64,000 bases of DNA from Gnetum montanum (GCA_015680685.1 MNCI01000751.1:186001-250000), one strand, 5' to 3'; counted from the first letter of the stretch, positions 24,845 to 37,141 are shown. Notes: generated by a model not told the origin, from the sequence alone. Translations and numbers: made by a program.

Positions 24845-27559
24845 AAGACAAAGGAAAAAATGAAACAAATAAAAAAAAACACAACAACCCAAATATACCT
24901 ATCTTAGGATTTATTTTCTTTAGATGATCAACCATATCATCTACTATGCCTTGCATAAAGATAAACTTGTCTAGGGTTTTTGCTCACGGTTGTAAGCGAA
25001 AAGTGGATAAAGATTCAGGCATCTAGTTGAAGTATCACCCGCTGCATGACAAAGCATGTTAGGATTACAAAGAAAAAAGAAGGGAAAAACAAAAAGAGGA
25101 AAGAGAAGAGAAGAGGATGAAAGGAAAGAAGGAAATTAAGAGCATAATGTAAATGGTAGTGCAAAGCTCCTACCCAGCAAACCCTCAGGTATGAGTGTAG
25201 GGGGATCGCCCATTTGCACATTGTCAAACAAACCATCAAACTCACCATCCTCGAAATGCAGCCCCTCTTCTTTGAGCTACCTTAGGAGTGAGGTGGCATC
25301 TTTGGTTGTCATATGTTTCTTAGTTTATGGGAAATTTTCTACAAAAGGCTCCTCTTCCATTGAGGCCTCCTCTTCTATGGTAGGGTCCTCCTCTTCTACG
25401 ATAGGAGCCTCCTCTTTGACGGTGGAGGCCTTCTCCTTACCTACAATGCATAAGCTAGGATTAGAGAATCTATCTTAATATATATATGTAAAAAAAGATA
25501 AAGAAGCAAAAAATATGCTAACTAAGGCATACTGACTAGCAAACTCAAATCGCACATTGCAGACTTTGATGCATAACCTCTTACCCCTTTCTTCGATTGC
25601 ACGTAAGGGTACCACTGCAGGATGAGGCTTTTTGATTTGAAATTTTGATTTCATTGTCTCAATAATGAGATGTGCCCCCCTTACTACATTGCCCATGTTG
25701 ATGGGAGGAGCCTCTCCAAGACTGTTGTGTGTGTGGTAGGATGGGCTTGCCTGGTCCTTGGTGGTCATTGAAAAGGACTTGCCAATAGTCTCTAGAGGGT
25801 CTTGTGACCGAGTTGTGTAGAATATATGGTGGATCCACAACTTGGATATTTGGGTGCAATCTTGCACCACCCATATCCTATTTTCACGAACCACAAAAAT
25901 TTCTACAAACCTATGCAATCACACAATCAAGAATGTAAAATGAATTTGAGAACGTGCCTCAAGTTTGATCATCTCAGGCTGCAAGCCATTCGAAAGGTAT
26001 CTGGCCTAGTTGTACCGAGTTCCTTCCTCCATCACATCCCTCATGATCCAAGCTTGTTCTACCATAAGAACTTGTCCTTGGGAAAGTAGCTTGGGGAAAG
26101 CATGAGCCTAGAAGATGGGGTAAATGTGTTGGGCTACAACCAATTTGACTTTTTTCATGTAAATGCCCTTGTGATCTTTATTAGTGCCCAGCCATTCTTT
26201 GATGTCCCCTCAGTGGTTTAGATCCTTGCTAGTTTTTTCTTCCATGGGTAAACCATTAGAGGGGACATGAAAGAGATCTAAAAAAATATCATCAATGATC
26301 TCAAAGACCACTCGCATGTTGTAAACTTGCATGCAAAAGTAGTCAACCATTTCTATAAAGGAGTCAACAAGGGCAATCATTTCCACTATCAAGATGCTTA
26401 GGTTCACAGCCAAAAAAAGGTTCATAAGCCTAGCCTCTTGAAAATTTTGGGCAATTGTTGCTGGGACCTCATGGCATACCCAATGCTATGAATTATCAAC
26501 CTTGCCATATTTAAAAAGAAGGTTAGCCTCAGTGCACCTTAAGATGATCATTGTGACCTCCTTGGACTTGGCCACTATTGTAGTAAACAAAAATAGAATC
26601 AACCATGTAATGGAAAAGTAAAAATTAAAAATGCATGAAAATAAACAAATAATATAACTCACCTAGCATGAACGGTGTGGGGAATGGTGGTACTTGGACT
26701 GACACTTCTTTCCATTGTGGGTATTTGGTAGGACACCCACTCACCATCTAACCACCTGAGATCCCGATGCTTTGCATAGGATTTGGAGTACCTGGTTAGG
26801 TAAGTTCTCATATCTACCCCAAGTTATTTTATGATTCCAGCATGCATATTCTCAACAGAGAAGAACTATTGTAGTGCTATTTGGGTTAGGGCTAATGCCC
26901 CTTCTCTATCTTGAAGATCATCTTTATCAATGAAGAATCTGGCAATAGATAAAAACAACAATAAGCACTCCAAGTCATACAAAGAAAACAAAAAAAAATT
27001 TTCATCATCCCAATAAGACTTACACTCTAGCATAGTAGATGGTTCTAGGTGGGTTTTGGAAGGCCATACCCACATGGCAAGTAATGAACAAGGTATTGTA
27101 TTTATGGTAGCACTTAAACTCTAGCATTTTCCAAATCCAAGATAAGGTCTTAAGACTTTCGAGCATTGACTCGAGCTCCCTGCCCCTTTACCCTCAGCAA
27201 GTCCATCCATCATGAATTTTAAAATGCCTCAGTTTACCCTAGGTGATAATGTCTTAACCAAAATTCTTGTTGCTTCAATAGATAAGTGTGACCACATTAT
27301 TACACTGAAGTGGTGAAGCAGGAATTCCAAGAATTCCTTGTGTACCCTCTCACAACCAGACTGCCTGGTCTCCTATGCGTGCATGTGGTGCAGGGACATT
27401 GGGCATGGGGGCACTTATACAGCACAAAATCGCTACAAGCTCAACCACAAGGAGGATCACTTTTAGCATAATCTTGCATTGACACAATGAAAATGTCAAT
27501 ACGCAACAAGGGTAATAAAACAATAACATAGTGGACAAACTAGGCAAAAGAAATTTTTT

Positions 27560-27860
27560 TTTTCAAAAATTTTTCTAAGTGTTAGTTACACCCCTATAGA
27601 GTGTAACAATTTTCTATGCAAAATTTTTCTAAGTTTTTGTCATGCTCCCATGGAGCGTAACAACTGTAGGAAAAGTAGTCGAATGAAATTTTTCTAAGTG
27701 TTCGTCATGCTCCTATGGAGCGTGGCATTTTGGGAATAGTTTGCAGAGTGAAAATTTTCCAACTGTACATACTCCCATGTAGCATAGCAACTTTACATAA
27801 CTAGAAAAAATTTGAAAAAATGTACAAAGTCTTAGTCATGCTCCCAGGGAGCGTAGTAAT
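27560..27860 (+). repeat. Degenerate ~55-70-bp repeats in intron 1 of the antisense gene of A
   Basis: AATTTTTCTAAGT...TCATGCTCCCATGGAGCGTA recurring. Confidence 0.75.
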
Positions 27861-29199
27861 GAAAGAATGCAAAAATTCTTAACTTTCTAGTTATACTATC
27901 AAGGATGCCACAAAGCCTGAAAACCAACGCGAGACACCTACAAAACCCTTGCCTTGTTTCGTCACCTAGAACACACAAGAAACCCCTATTACATGACATG
28001 GAACACAAAGTGTCAAAAACCCTTCCCCATGTGCTATGCGAAATGGGACACGTGAAACCCCCATTTTGTATCGCTGCGTAGGATGCAATAGAACCCTTGT
28101 CTCACCTTACTTTGCTTAGCACTAGAGGCTTGTGATGAAACCCTTGCCTATTGCTGCAACGTAGAATGCCATCCAAACCCTTCAAAAAAAAAAACCAACA
28201 ACAGAAAATGTGATCTATGATGCCTGTGCTATTCCTAGCCATGGTGGCGGTGACGGTCGCCACGGTGTGATGGTCATGGCAAGGGTGGTAGCCATGGTGC
28301 AATGGCCATGATGGCCATGGTAGCCATGGTGTGCTAGCCATGGTGGATATGGTGGCAACAATGGCCCCTACTTAGGGCAAGTTGCCCCCAAAACCCCAAG
28401 GCATAAATGTGTAATAGGCAAAAAGGGAACAAAAAACCTTGAAGGCAACATGACGGCCTACTTGGCAGATGGTGCCTCCTGATGCTCTTCAATGCATGCC
28501 CTAGGAAGATGTCATAGGGTGTGCTTGCTTTCATCCACATTGGCAAGGCCAAGGTGTCTATGCTTGCTTCTATGCACCATTGTCTTGCTATCAAGCTTTG
28601 GCTTGTCAGTTGTCATGCTCTATAATTCCTACGCTCTACCCTAGATCGCGCTACACTTTGGACTATTAGCTTTGATAGTGGGAATGACAAGTTTACCATT
28701 GGTAAACTCCTATTTATACCCTCTAGGGTTATATGACGCATCACCTTTCTAGGATGTCCCATGTCCCATGCATAACACGGGATGCTCTATGTCCTGTGCG
28801 TAACGCAGAATGTCCTGTGTCCCACGCATAACATAGAACATCCCATGTCTCGTGCAGTGTAACACCCAGAGTTAGAAAAATTCCTAACTTTTTTGGCTTT
28901 TCAAATTTTGAAGTTTTTTACATTTTTTTTGGTTGTGCAATAAACATTTAGTTTAGCCCCATGGTGGGCACCACTTCAAGCCTTTCAAGTTTTGCTTAGC
29001 TTTACACTTTATGCATAGCATGGTCCACTAAGACCTTAAATTGGCAATTTTGAGATACTGCATATTAATTTTTATAGCATTATTTTTTCTCATTTTATGC
29101 ATTTTTCTTTATTAGATAGGTACCACTTAATGTTTTTTTGGTTATTTTGTAGGATCACTTGGGAAAATGAGCACACATGAGAATCTTCGTTTGCCTTTA

Positions 29200-32100
29200 A
29201 TCTTGATTGGATCTTATGGAAGACTCATGAGATGCATGAACACAAAGCTTTTGGACTTCGAACTACCTCCTTCTGACCCTGACATAGCATCCTTAGAAAC
29301 CTCACTAGATTGGCCAGAACATCTAGTCCAAGCCCTAGACTTAGAAGCAGGTGACGTAACTGAGGATCCACTCATAGAAATCCCCATAACAACATGTAAA
29401 GGTGAGGTAAGAACATTGAAGCTTAGCTCTTTACTAAAGTCTCAAATACAATAGAGTATCTCTAGAGTCCTTAACAACAATATCAAGGTATTCACATGGT
29501 CTTATGAAGATATGCTAGGCTTAGACCCACACATAATACAACACAATATTATCTTAGATCTGTGTATCAAGCTAGTCAAACAAAAAGCTTGTAAAATCAA
29601 GCTAGAAATTGCATTAGTTGTCCGTGATAAAATCACTAAACTCTACCAAGTTGGGTTCATCTAGGTAGTCGAATATGTAGACTGGGTCTCAAACATTGTG
29701 GTTGTTCCCAAGAAAATTGGGGATATACACATTTGCATAGACTTCCGAGACTTAAACAAGGTAACCATCAAAGACAATTTCTCATTGCCTAGTATTGACC
29801 AACTTGTCAATACTACAGCTGGTCATGCCTTGTTATCCTTCGTGGATGGGTTATTGGGGTACAACCAAATTCATGTAAACCTAGAACACCAACTTACTAC
29901 TACTTTCATGACTCCTTGGGGGATGTTTTGTTATACAATGATGCCCTTTGGACTAAAAAATGCTGAAGCAACATACCAACGTGTGATGACCTACATCTTT
30001 AGCGACTATCTTCTAGAACGGCTAAATGACTACGTTGATGATATAGCGGTTAAGTCCAAGAAGGCTCATGATCATGCAAATGACTTGAACCTTGTCCTTA
30101 AACATTGCTGTAGGCATGACCTTTGCCTTAATCTAAAAAAGTGTGTCTTCAGTGTGAAAATTAATCGCATGTTAGTCTTTGTAGTATTGGAAACAAGAAT
30201 ATGTGTGGACCTTGATAAGGTCAAGACTATTATTAGCTTAGCACCACTAGCAAACCTTAAGGAGCTACGTAGATTGCAAGGTAGAATACAATTAATACAA
30301 AGGTTTATTGCAAGGTTGATTGATAAGCTACACCCAAAGCAACACCTACTTAAAAAGGAATAAACTTTGAGTGGACTGATCAATGCCAAGAAGCATTTGA
30401 CAACCTAAAAAAGGAGTTGGCCCACCTTCTAATTGTCTATCCACTGTAAAGAGATAAACCTTTCTACGTCTACCTTGCAACCTTGAATACGTCCATTACT
30501 TCCTTTCTTTATCAAAAGAGAGATTATGGTTCTAAAATTCCTATTTACTACCTAAGTCATGTGCCAATAGCTCATGAGGCAAAATACAACAATGTGGAGA
30601 AAAACTATCTTGCCTTAGTTTTTGCATTTAAAAAATGAAGACACTACCTCTCTCATAGTCAAGTCAACATCATTTGCAAGAGTAATATACTTAGGGCCAT
30701 TACAACCAACATATATGAAAGTAGCATAATATTCAAGTGGAAAGCAATAACCATGGAGTTTGACCTGCATTACATAGCATAGTCATCCATAAAGGGGTAA
30801 GCAATAGCCATGTAACTCACAGCTTCACCCATGGACGATCAAGTAACAATAGATCCAAAATTCCCAGACGAGCATGTTAGTAGTAGAAGCTCGGTACTTG
30901 CAGACTTTGAGGCGATTTTACACTTTGATGGTGCTTCAACCACACAAGGTGGTAGTGCCACTACCTTTATCACATTTTCCTCTGGAGAGATTTGACCTTT
31001 TGCATACCACTTTGCATTTCTTTGTATAAACAATGTAGTGGAATACAAAGGTCTACTTAGAGGCATTCTAGCATCTCAAGAGTTAGGGATCCAAAATATA
31101 GTAATTCGAGGTGATTCACAACTGGTCATTAACCAAGTCACAAAGGTTTACACTTGTAAAGCACAACACCTACAACCTTACTATGATTTAGAAAAGCACT
31201 TATTGAAACAATTTGCAACCATAGATGTCCAACATGTCCCCCACAATGAAAATTCCATAGTTGATACACTAGCTACCTTAGCCTTAAGTGGATCGACAAA
31301 TATGTTGTCTACTTTGCCCACTTCAATAATGGATTACATTGAACCTATAATGCACACAAAAAGTATTGCATCCATAAGTACACCTCATGCCTAGGAATGG
31401 TATGACGATATCAAGGCATACCTCCAATAGGGGGAGTTCCCACAAAACTCAACATCTTCTTAAAAGGACACAGTGAAAAAATGATCATGGTAGTATATCC
31501 TCATAGCTGATAGTGCCTGATGTCGTAGATCTTATGATGAGATACTGTTAACCTACATTAGCAGCAGTGAAGCACAAAGGATCATTGACCAAGTCCATGA
31601 GGGACTATGTGGAGGGCATATAGCTACCAAGGCAATGGTGGAAAAAATTAGACATCTAGGCTACTACTAGCCTTATATGGAGTGTAATTGCGTCTCCAAG
31701 GTTAGGACATGTGACATGTGTCAATGGCATGGGAATCTAATGCATGTGTCCCATACTAAACTGCATACTACACAAATCAAATGGCCATTTCAACATTGGA
31801 GGTTGGACATCATAGGGCCCATAACACCTAAGTCTTCCACAAGACATAGCTTCATTATTACCACAATTGAATATTTCATGAAGTGGGTAGAAGCTATCCC
31901 CCTTAGGAAGACAACATCTCAACAAGTTTGCAAATTTATTCTTGAAAACTTGATGACCTGATTTGGTCTCCCTATGGCTACAGTAATAGACAACAAGCCA
32001 CAATTTAGTAGTTCAGAAACCAAAGCCTTCTATGGAAACCTCAGCATCAAACAATCCTTTTTATCACCATACTACCCTAAGGCAAATGGCTAAGCAGAGG

Positions 32101-32638
32101 CTACAAATAAGGTCATTGCCAATCTCCTGAAGAAAATGCTTAATAGTAGTAAGCGACGATGGCACGAACAACTAGTCTACACATGTTGGGCCTATTGCAC
32201 AACATGTAGAACTACAACAGGTAAAGCACCATATAGTCTTGTGTATGGATTTGAAGTAGTGTTGCCTTTTGAATTGTAGGTCTTGTCGCTTTGCGTGATC
32301 CTCTGGAACTTTATGGATGAGGCTCAAAACAATGAGTCAAGAACCATTAATCTCAACTCTATGGAGGAAGAGCACATCCAATTCTTAATTACATCGAGTG
32401 GTACCAATAAAAGCAACAACAAAAGCATCACTACAATCTATACCAATGGCGAACCAAGTAAGGGGACCTGGTCCTGAAGGCTATTCGCGAGCCCGCGAAC
32501 AAGTTCTCGGCTAACTGGGAAGGGCCTTTCTTGGTCATTAAGATGTATGAAAATGAAGCCTTTAAGCTTGCTGATTTAGATAGCAACGAGTTCACCAATC
32601 CTATCAACCACTTGTACCTGAAGTCGTATTACACCTAA
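29200..32638 (+). pseudogene. pol: RT-RNase H-additional (archaeal-type) RNase H-integrase of A
   Basis: CIDFRDLNK, GYNQI, MPFGLKNA, YVDD (RT); LHFDGAS, NNVVEYKGL, RGDSQLV, NSIVDTLA (aRH); HEGLCGGH...CDMC, LDIIGPI, KWVEAIPL, WEGPF (INT). Confidence 0.96.
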
Positions 32639-32679
32639 CATGCAGTATCGCATCAACAATAAAGCAAGGTAAGCAGAAC

Positions 32680-33015
32680 ATCCGCTATGACATTAAACTA
32701 GCATAGAATGTCTGTTATGATGTTAAATTAGCATAGAACATCCACTATGATGTTAAATTGACATAGATCATCTACTAGTATGTTAAACTGATACATAATA
32801 TCCTTAGGCTATGACATTAAATTGACACCCATAGAATGATCTACTATGACCTTAAACTAGCCATCGACCGTCCACTATGATGTTAAAATAGCATAGTTGT
32901 CTGCTAGGACCTTAAACTAGCATAACATGGTCAACCCGAACCTTAAACTGGGATCATGGTCTGCTGAGACCTTAAACTAGCACATCCAGTAGTCTACCAA
33001 GACCTAAAACTAGGT
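32680..33015 (+). repeat. 3' UTR tandem array, ~11 units of ~30 bp
   Basis: Core CTATGA(C/T)-TTAAA(C/T)T(A/G)GCAT with variable linkers. Confidence 0.9.
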
Positions 33016-34081
33016 TTGCAATTTAGCATCTACGGTTCAACATACATGGTTCTGCGAACAAGCGAGTAAGAATACTTTCAATCTTTCATTACTTGCCCAT
33101 GCCTCTTGGGTAGGATGGGGGTGGGGCGTTGCAGTTTCAAAATGAAGTTTGGATCATCAAGGAAAAACCATTTGGGACATTTGCAACATCGCTGTCCCTA
33201 GCATCTTGTTAATCTTTTGAAGATGCCATTTGGCATCTTGTTGACCTTCCAGAGCTACCACCACCACCGCCAATCATCTTGGTCATAACTCTCATCGTCA
33301 GCACCTCCTGCTGGAGTTCTAGCAGTATTTTGGCCTAGCCACAGTGCTTTCATCCTGTAGCGTCACCATTATCAAAGTCTGGAAGAGCATTCAACATCAT
33401 GGCTCTTCACCTTGCAACTAAATTTCCTGGCTCCCACCTTTGGTGGGAATGCCTGAGCACATGCATCACCATTACTCCTAGCCTTTTGAGTGCTCACTTT
33501 TGGTGTGGTTGCTGGAGCTTTTTAGCCTACCACCGCTAATGCTTGCACTAGCCTTCCTGCTTTGGACATTGCACATACCTAACACAACACTCGTAGCCCT
33601 TGTAATATCCTGGGTAGAAAAGACTTCAGCTTCATCTCACATGATGGTTATTTTTCCTATTTTCTCTATGTTGTGTTTGTAGGATGAAGCCTAGGTGGCA
33701 TTGTCCAAGGATGCGCTTCACTATGATAACAAGACATTACATTGTTCTGATGTGTCTGCTTTGGCTCACCTAACTACTTAAGAGTCACACCCCTCTTATC
33801 CTCTCAGCCAACCTAACCTCTACCTCTTGATCTTACAATTTCCCACATCCCTTGTAAGCTTCTCCAATGCCTATGGAACCCTTTCTTGCATTTAGCTATT
33901 GAACCCATGATAGACGTAACACAACTTATCCCATGGGGAGTCTTTGTGGGTTGGTCAAAGTCCCGAACGGATGTAACACAACTCATCCTAGGGAGGAAAC
34001 ACCTATCCTACAACTATGATGCGGTAGCCTCTAAGTAAGTTCATTTGGCAAAAAAAATTGTAAAAAAAATAAAATAAAAAG

Positions 34082-34087
<6 letters not shown>

Positions 34088-34140
<53 letters not shown>
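34088..34140 (+). repeat. (GA)n microsatellite
   Basis: Perfect GA run. Confidence 0.98.
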
Positions 34141-34144
<4 letters not shown>

Positions 34145-34596
34145 ANGAAAAAAAACAAAAAAGGAGAGGAAGAGAAAATAAAGAAGAAAAGAAAATGGGA
34201 CTAGCTAAACACCCAAGTTAATTGGCATAGTTGCTGTCTTGCAATTGGTTTGGCCTTGGATCGACCGTCTCATAAGCACTTCGATAAGAGGTTGAAATCC
34301 AAAGGGTAGGACACCTTTGCATGCTAACTCCCTCATAAGCGCTCTGATGAGGGATTATTCTATGGCAATAGGCTCTCATGGCATTGCATCCAATAGTTAT
34401 CCTTTCCATCGATTGTCCCCTAATCCATCTTCTTGAATTTATGCTTTGTTCCCTACCACACTTCATGTCCCTAGCACTCTCAAGCATAGCAAAGAATTAC
34501 CCAAGCAGGCACTAATGAATAGTGTTGGTGTCATGTTCATCATGGTGTTTCGTAGTCTTTGTCAAAGTCTCTTAGGTTAATCCTCCAAATGTTGAT

Positions 34597-34605
34597 AAAG
34601 AGGGG
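34597..34605 (+). promoter_or_regulatory. Polypurine tract of A
   Basis: AAAGAGGGG ending 4 nt before the 3' LTR; identical tract in B. Confidence 0.85.
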
Positions 34606-34609
34606 CTAG

Positions 34610-36054
34610 TGAAACACCACTAATTTTGGGCTTCTGCAACTCAATAGTATATTTTTCTAAGTGTCAAAGCTTAGGCAAAATTTTTCTAAGTTTTGTGTCA
34701 TGCTATGTAGTGTAGACAATGTAGCACACTAGAAGTCCTGCTGTTTGCAAAATTTTGCTAAGCCTATCTACTATGCTCCCTAGCACAGCTAGCATAGCAC
34801 ATGTTTCCAAGGCCAGTTTACATGAATGTCAAGTTAGAAGCGGTCAAAAGGGCACTGAGGATGGACTAAATAGTTCGGCAAATTTTCTATCTCTTGGGCT
34901 ATCAGGCTTGCTATGCTCTTCAGCTTGCCCAGCTTGACACTTGTCCTAGTTGCTAGGCCACCTAAGTGCCAAGCTAGGAGTTGTCAAAAATGCTCAAGAT
35001 GAAAGAAACAGTTTGGAAAATTTTCTATATTTGGGCCTATTACACTCTGCTACGTTGCATAGTGTAGATAGTGTAGCATAAGTTTTAGGGCTTAAATTTT
35101 TCTAAGTGTTGGACCAAACATGGAAGGTGCATTTGGTAATTTTTTGACTTTTGAGGCTACTTGTCGTACTTCATCCTCAGAGTGTGATTAGCATGCCATT
35201 GAAAAAATTGCAAGTTTTGTGAAAATTCATCCAAAAATTGGAGTTACACTCTACTACGCTGGATAGTGTAGATAGCGTAACAGAAGTTCTAGGGTCAAAA
35301 ATTTTCAAAATATGGAACAAAGAGTTATCAAGCCATTCTGACATGGGAGATGCATTTTCTGGCTTTTAAAGTTTCCTACCCTACTGCACCCTAGAGTGTG
35401 ATTAGTGTGCCATGAGAAAAGATTTTAAATTTTGACAAAATTCACTAGAAAATGGGTGCTACGCTCTGCTACACTGTGCAACATAGACAATGTAGTAGGC
35501 CAAAAACCTTAAATATTTTCTAAGTTTTCACACTATGCTTTGTCACATTGGGTAGCATAGACAGTGTAACACTTGGAAAATGCCTCCAAATGTCTCTAGA
35601 AGCCCTCAAAACTCAGCATTCACCTTAATTTTAGCTCTGGCATCTCTTCGACGGCCAAAATCAACAGTTTGCTTTATTTTTGTAACCCCTAGTGATCCCC
35701 AAAATTGTCCCTATGCTTGACCCTACTCAGAAGAGGAGGAAGATGTAGTCCTAGAGCATAGGCTCCTAATTTGTAAATTGTAGTAATTTCTTATTTCTAT
35801 TATCAATATGCATTGGTACACTCATGTTGTTATGTATGTCCCATTCTTGCTTATCCCAGCTCCCACGTGTGATGCTTTGAAAACATTGTTTGCAAATGGT
35901 TATGTACACCACGTAAGTCCCTATCTGATTGGCTAGACTATTTAGGGCATCCCATTTCTATTTTCTCCAACATGACCCTCCCATGGACTCGGGATTAGGC
36001 TATACGCTTGACGACCTGTCGATGTTCCAGCCACTGATGTTTTTGGATGCTACA
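34610..36054 (+). repeat. 3' LTR of A (1445 bp, with an internal ~640-bp deletion)
   Basis: Colinear with the 5' LTR except that ~17965-18600 is absent. Confidence 0.95.
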
Positions 36055-36429
36055 CCTATGACCCCCATGACCTTAAAGTGGCAAAACATCATAAATTATT
36101 TACAATTCATGTCTAGAACCTTCTTGCCTAGCTAATTTTAACCTTTTGTTACATTTTAACCATATGAGTTAGCCATCGTAGCCTTAAATCATAATTACAA
36201 TGTAAAACTGAGTAACATAAATAAAAACATAATGCTGGAACAATATAAAAAAAGTTAAAACTTAAAAATAATAATTGAAACATTTAGAACATGATAGGAA
36301 TATCCACCCAATGTTGCAAAATGTTTAAACAATACATCATAAAATAATGAAACTATTCACAATTGAAGCATTGGCTAACATTAGTTGTATCAACATCAAC
36401 ATCAAATGTTAATAGCAAGAATTACTAAA

Positions 36430-37141
36430 AACACATTGCTAGTGATGCTAGGAGGCATTTGGAGGAGGAAGTTGAGGGTCATTTCCACCCTCACCACTAG
36501 GATCGCCAATATCACTTGTTGCTTGTAACATAATAATACAAGGACAACTAGAAATGAACATACTACAAAACCAAGTTAATAACTAAAAAAAAATAAAAGA
36601 TAGCAAAATCATATAATAAACAAACCTAAGGGGACTCTGGCATGATATACTTTGGGAAATAATTTTTAAGGCCAACCTATAAATGATGGATGATTTGGTC
36701 CTCCATGATGTGGGCTCAATCTACATCTCCAAGATTAACACCCGTGAGGATGTTACACTCATTGACCTTCATCCATGTGAGTTTCTTCCATGACATTGTG
36801 GTAGTAGATACCTCACTCGTGGAAATAGAGATATGAGAAGTAGGTAATTTAGACACAATGAGAGTTTCTCCAAACAGGTTGAAGGAATTTTTAGGTTAAA
36901 CTCCCTTAAGGAATAGCTCCAACTTACATCATTCGATAGTCTTTGATGAGTAGTAGGTACCCCTTATGCCCAACCATATGAATCATGAAGCATTCATATG
37001 CGTTCCAGTCAAATTTCATGGACTCTCTATCTTTCAATACATTAGTCTTCTAGAAAGTGAACCTTGGCCTAATAGTCATTTGTTGTATTTCCAATTACAC
37101 TTGTAATGTACAAAGGTATGGTTAATTGTAATCAAGACATA
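36430..37141 (-). pseudogene. 3' exons of the antisense gene of element C
   Basis: EDQIIHHL*VGLKNYFPKYIMPESP*|GT at ~36626 parallels RHLKIGLDQVPFEMDPGPSQ|GT (B) and CLEISLNSMLSNMDVSPYQ|GT (A). Confidence 0.7.

Larger units (their letters stand above)
23790..28580 (-). pseudogene. Antisense multi-exon accessory gene of A: NIF/FCP1-like domain, plant-transposon accessory domain, coiled coil
   Basis: Exon 1 28580-28438 (phase-2 donor); exon 2 from 27473 to 26663 (donor GTGAGT); last donor at 23954; protein colinear with 46049-50434; TATA TATAAATAG at ~28710-28718 (-). Confidence 0.8.
16806..36054 (+). mobile_element. Element A: full-length (19.2 kb) Tat-lineage Ty3/Gypsy retrotransposon with an additional RNase H and an internal antisense gene
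   Basis: Two related LTRs TGAAACACC...GCTACA; perfect TSD CCTAT (16801-16805 and 36055-36059); PBS; PPT; order gag-PR-[antisense gene]-RT-RH-aRH-INT. Confidence 0.96.
9085..37141 (+). mobile_element. Element C: old Tat-lineage retrotransposon, interrupted by A (16806-36054) and by D at ~37142; remainder probably beyond the window
   Basis: LTR plus tRNA-Asn-type PBS, gag-PR similar to A and B, the post-PR repeat region continues on both sides of A, and the 3' exons of the antisense gene follow. Confidence 0.75.

Noticed and set aside
30072-30389. Antisense ORFs over RT and gag (also 43973-44206 and 20146-20475)
   Set aside because: Shadow frames of coding or repetitive sequence.
32680-33015. 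Repeat-spacer-like array resembling CRISPR
   Set aside because: Repeats are degenerate, linkers are short and related to each other, there are no cas genes, and the array lies in a plant retrotransposon UTR.
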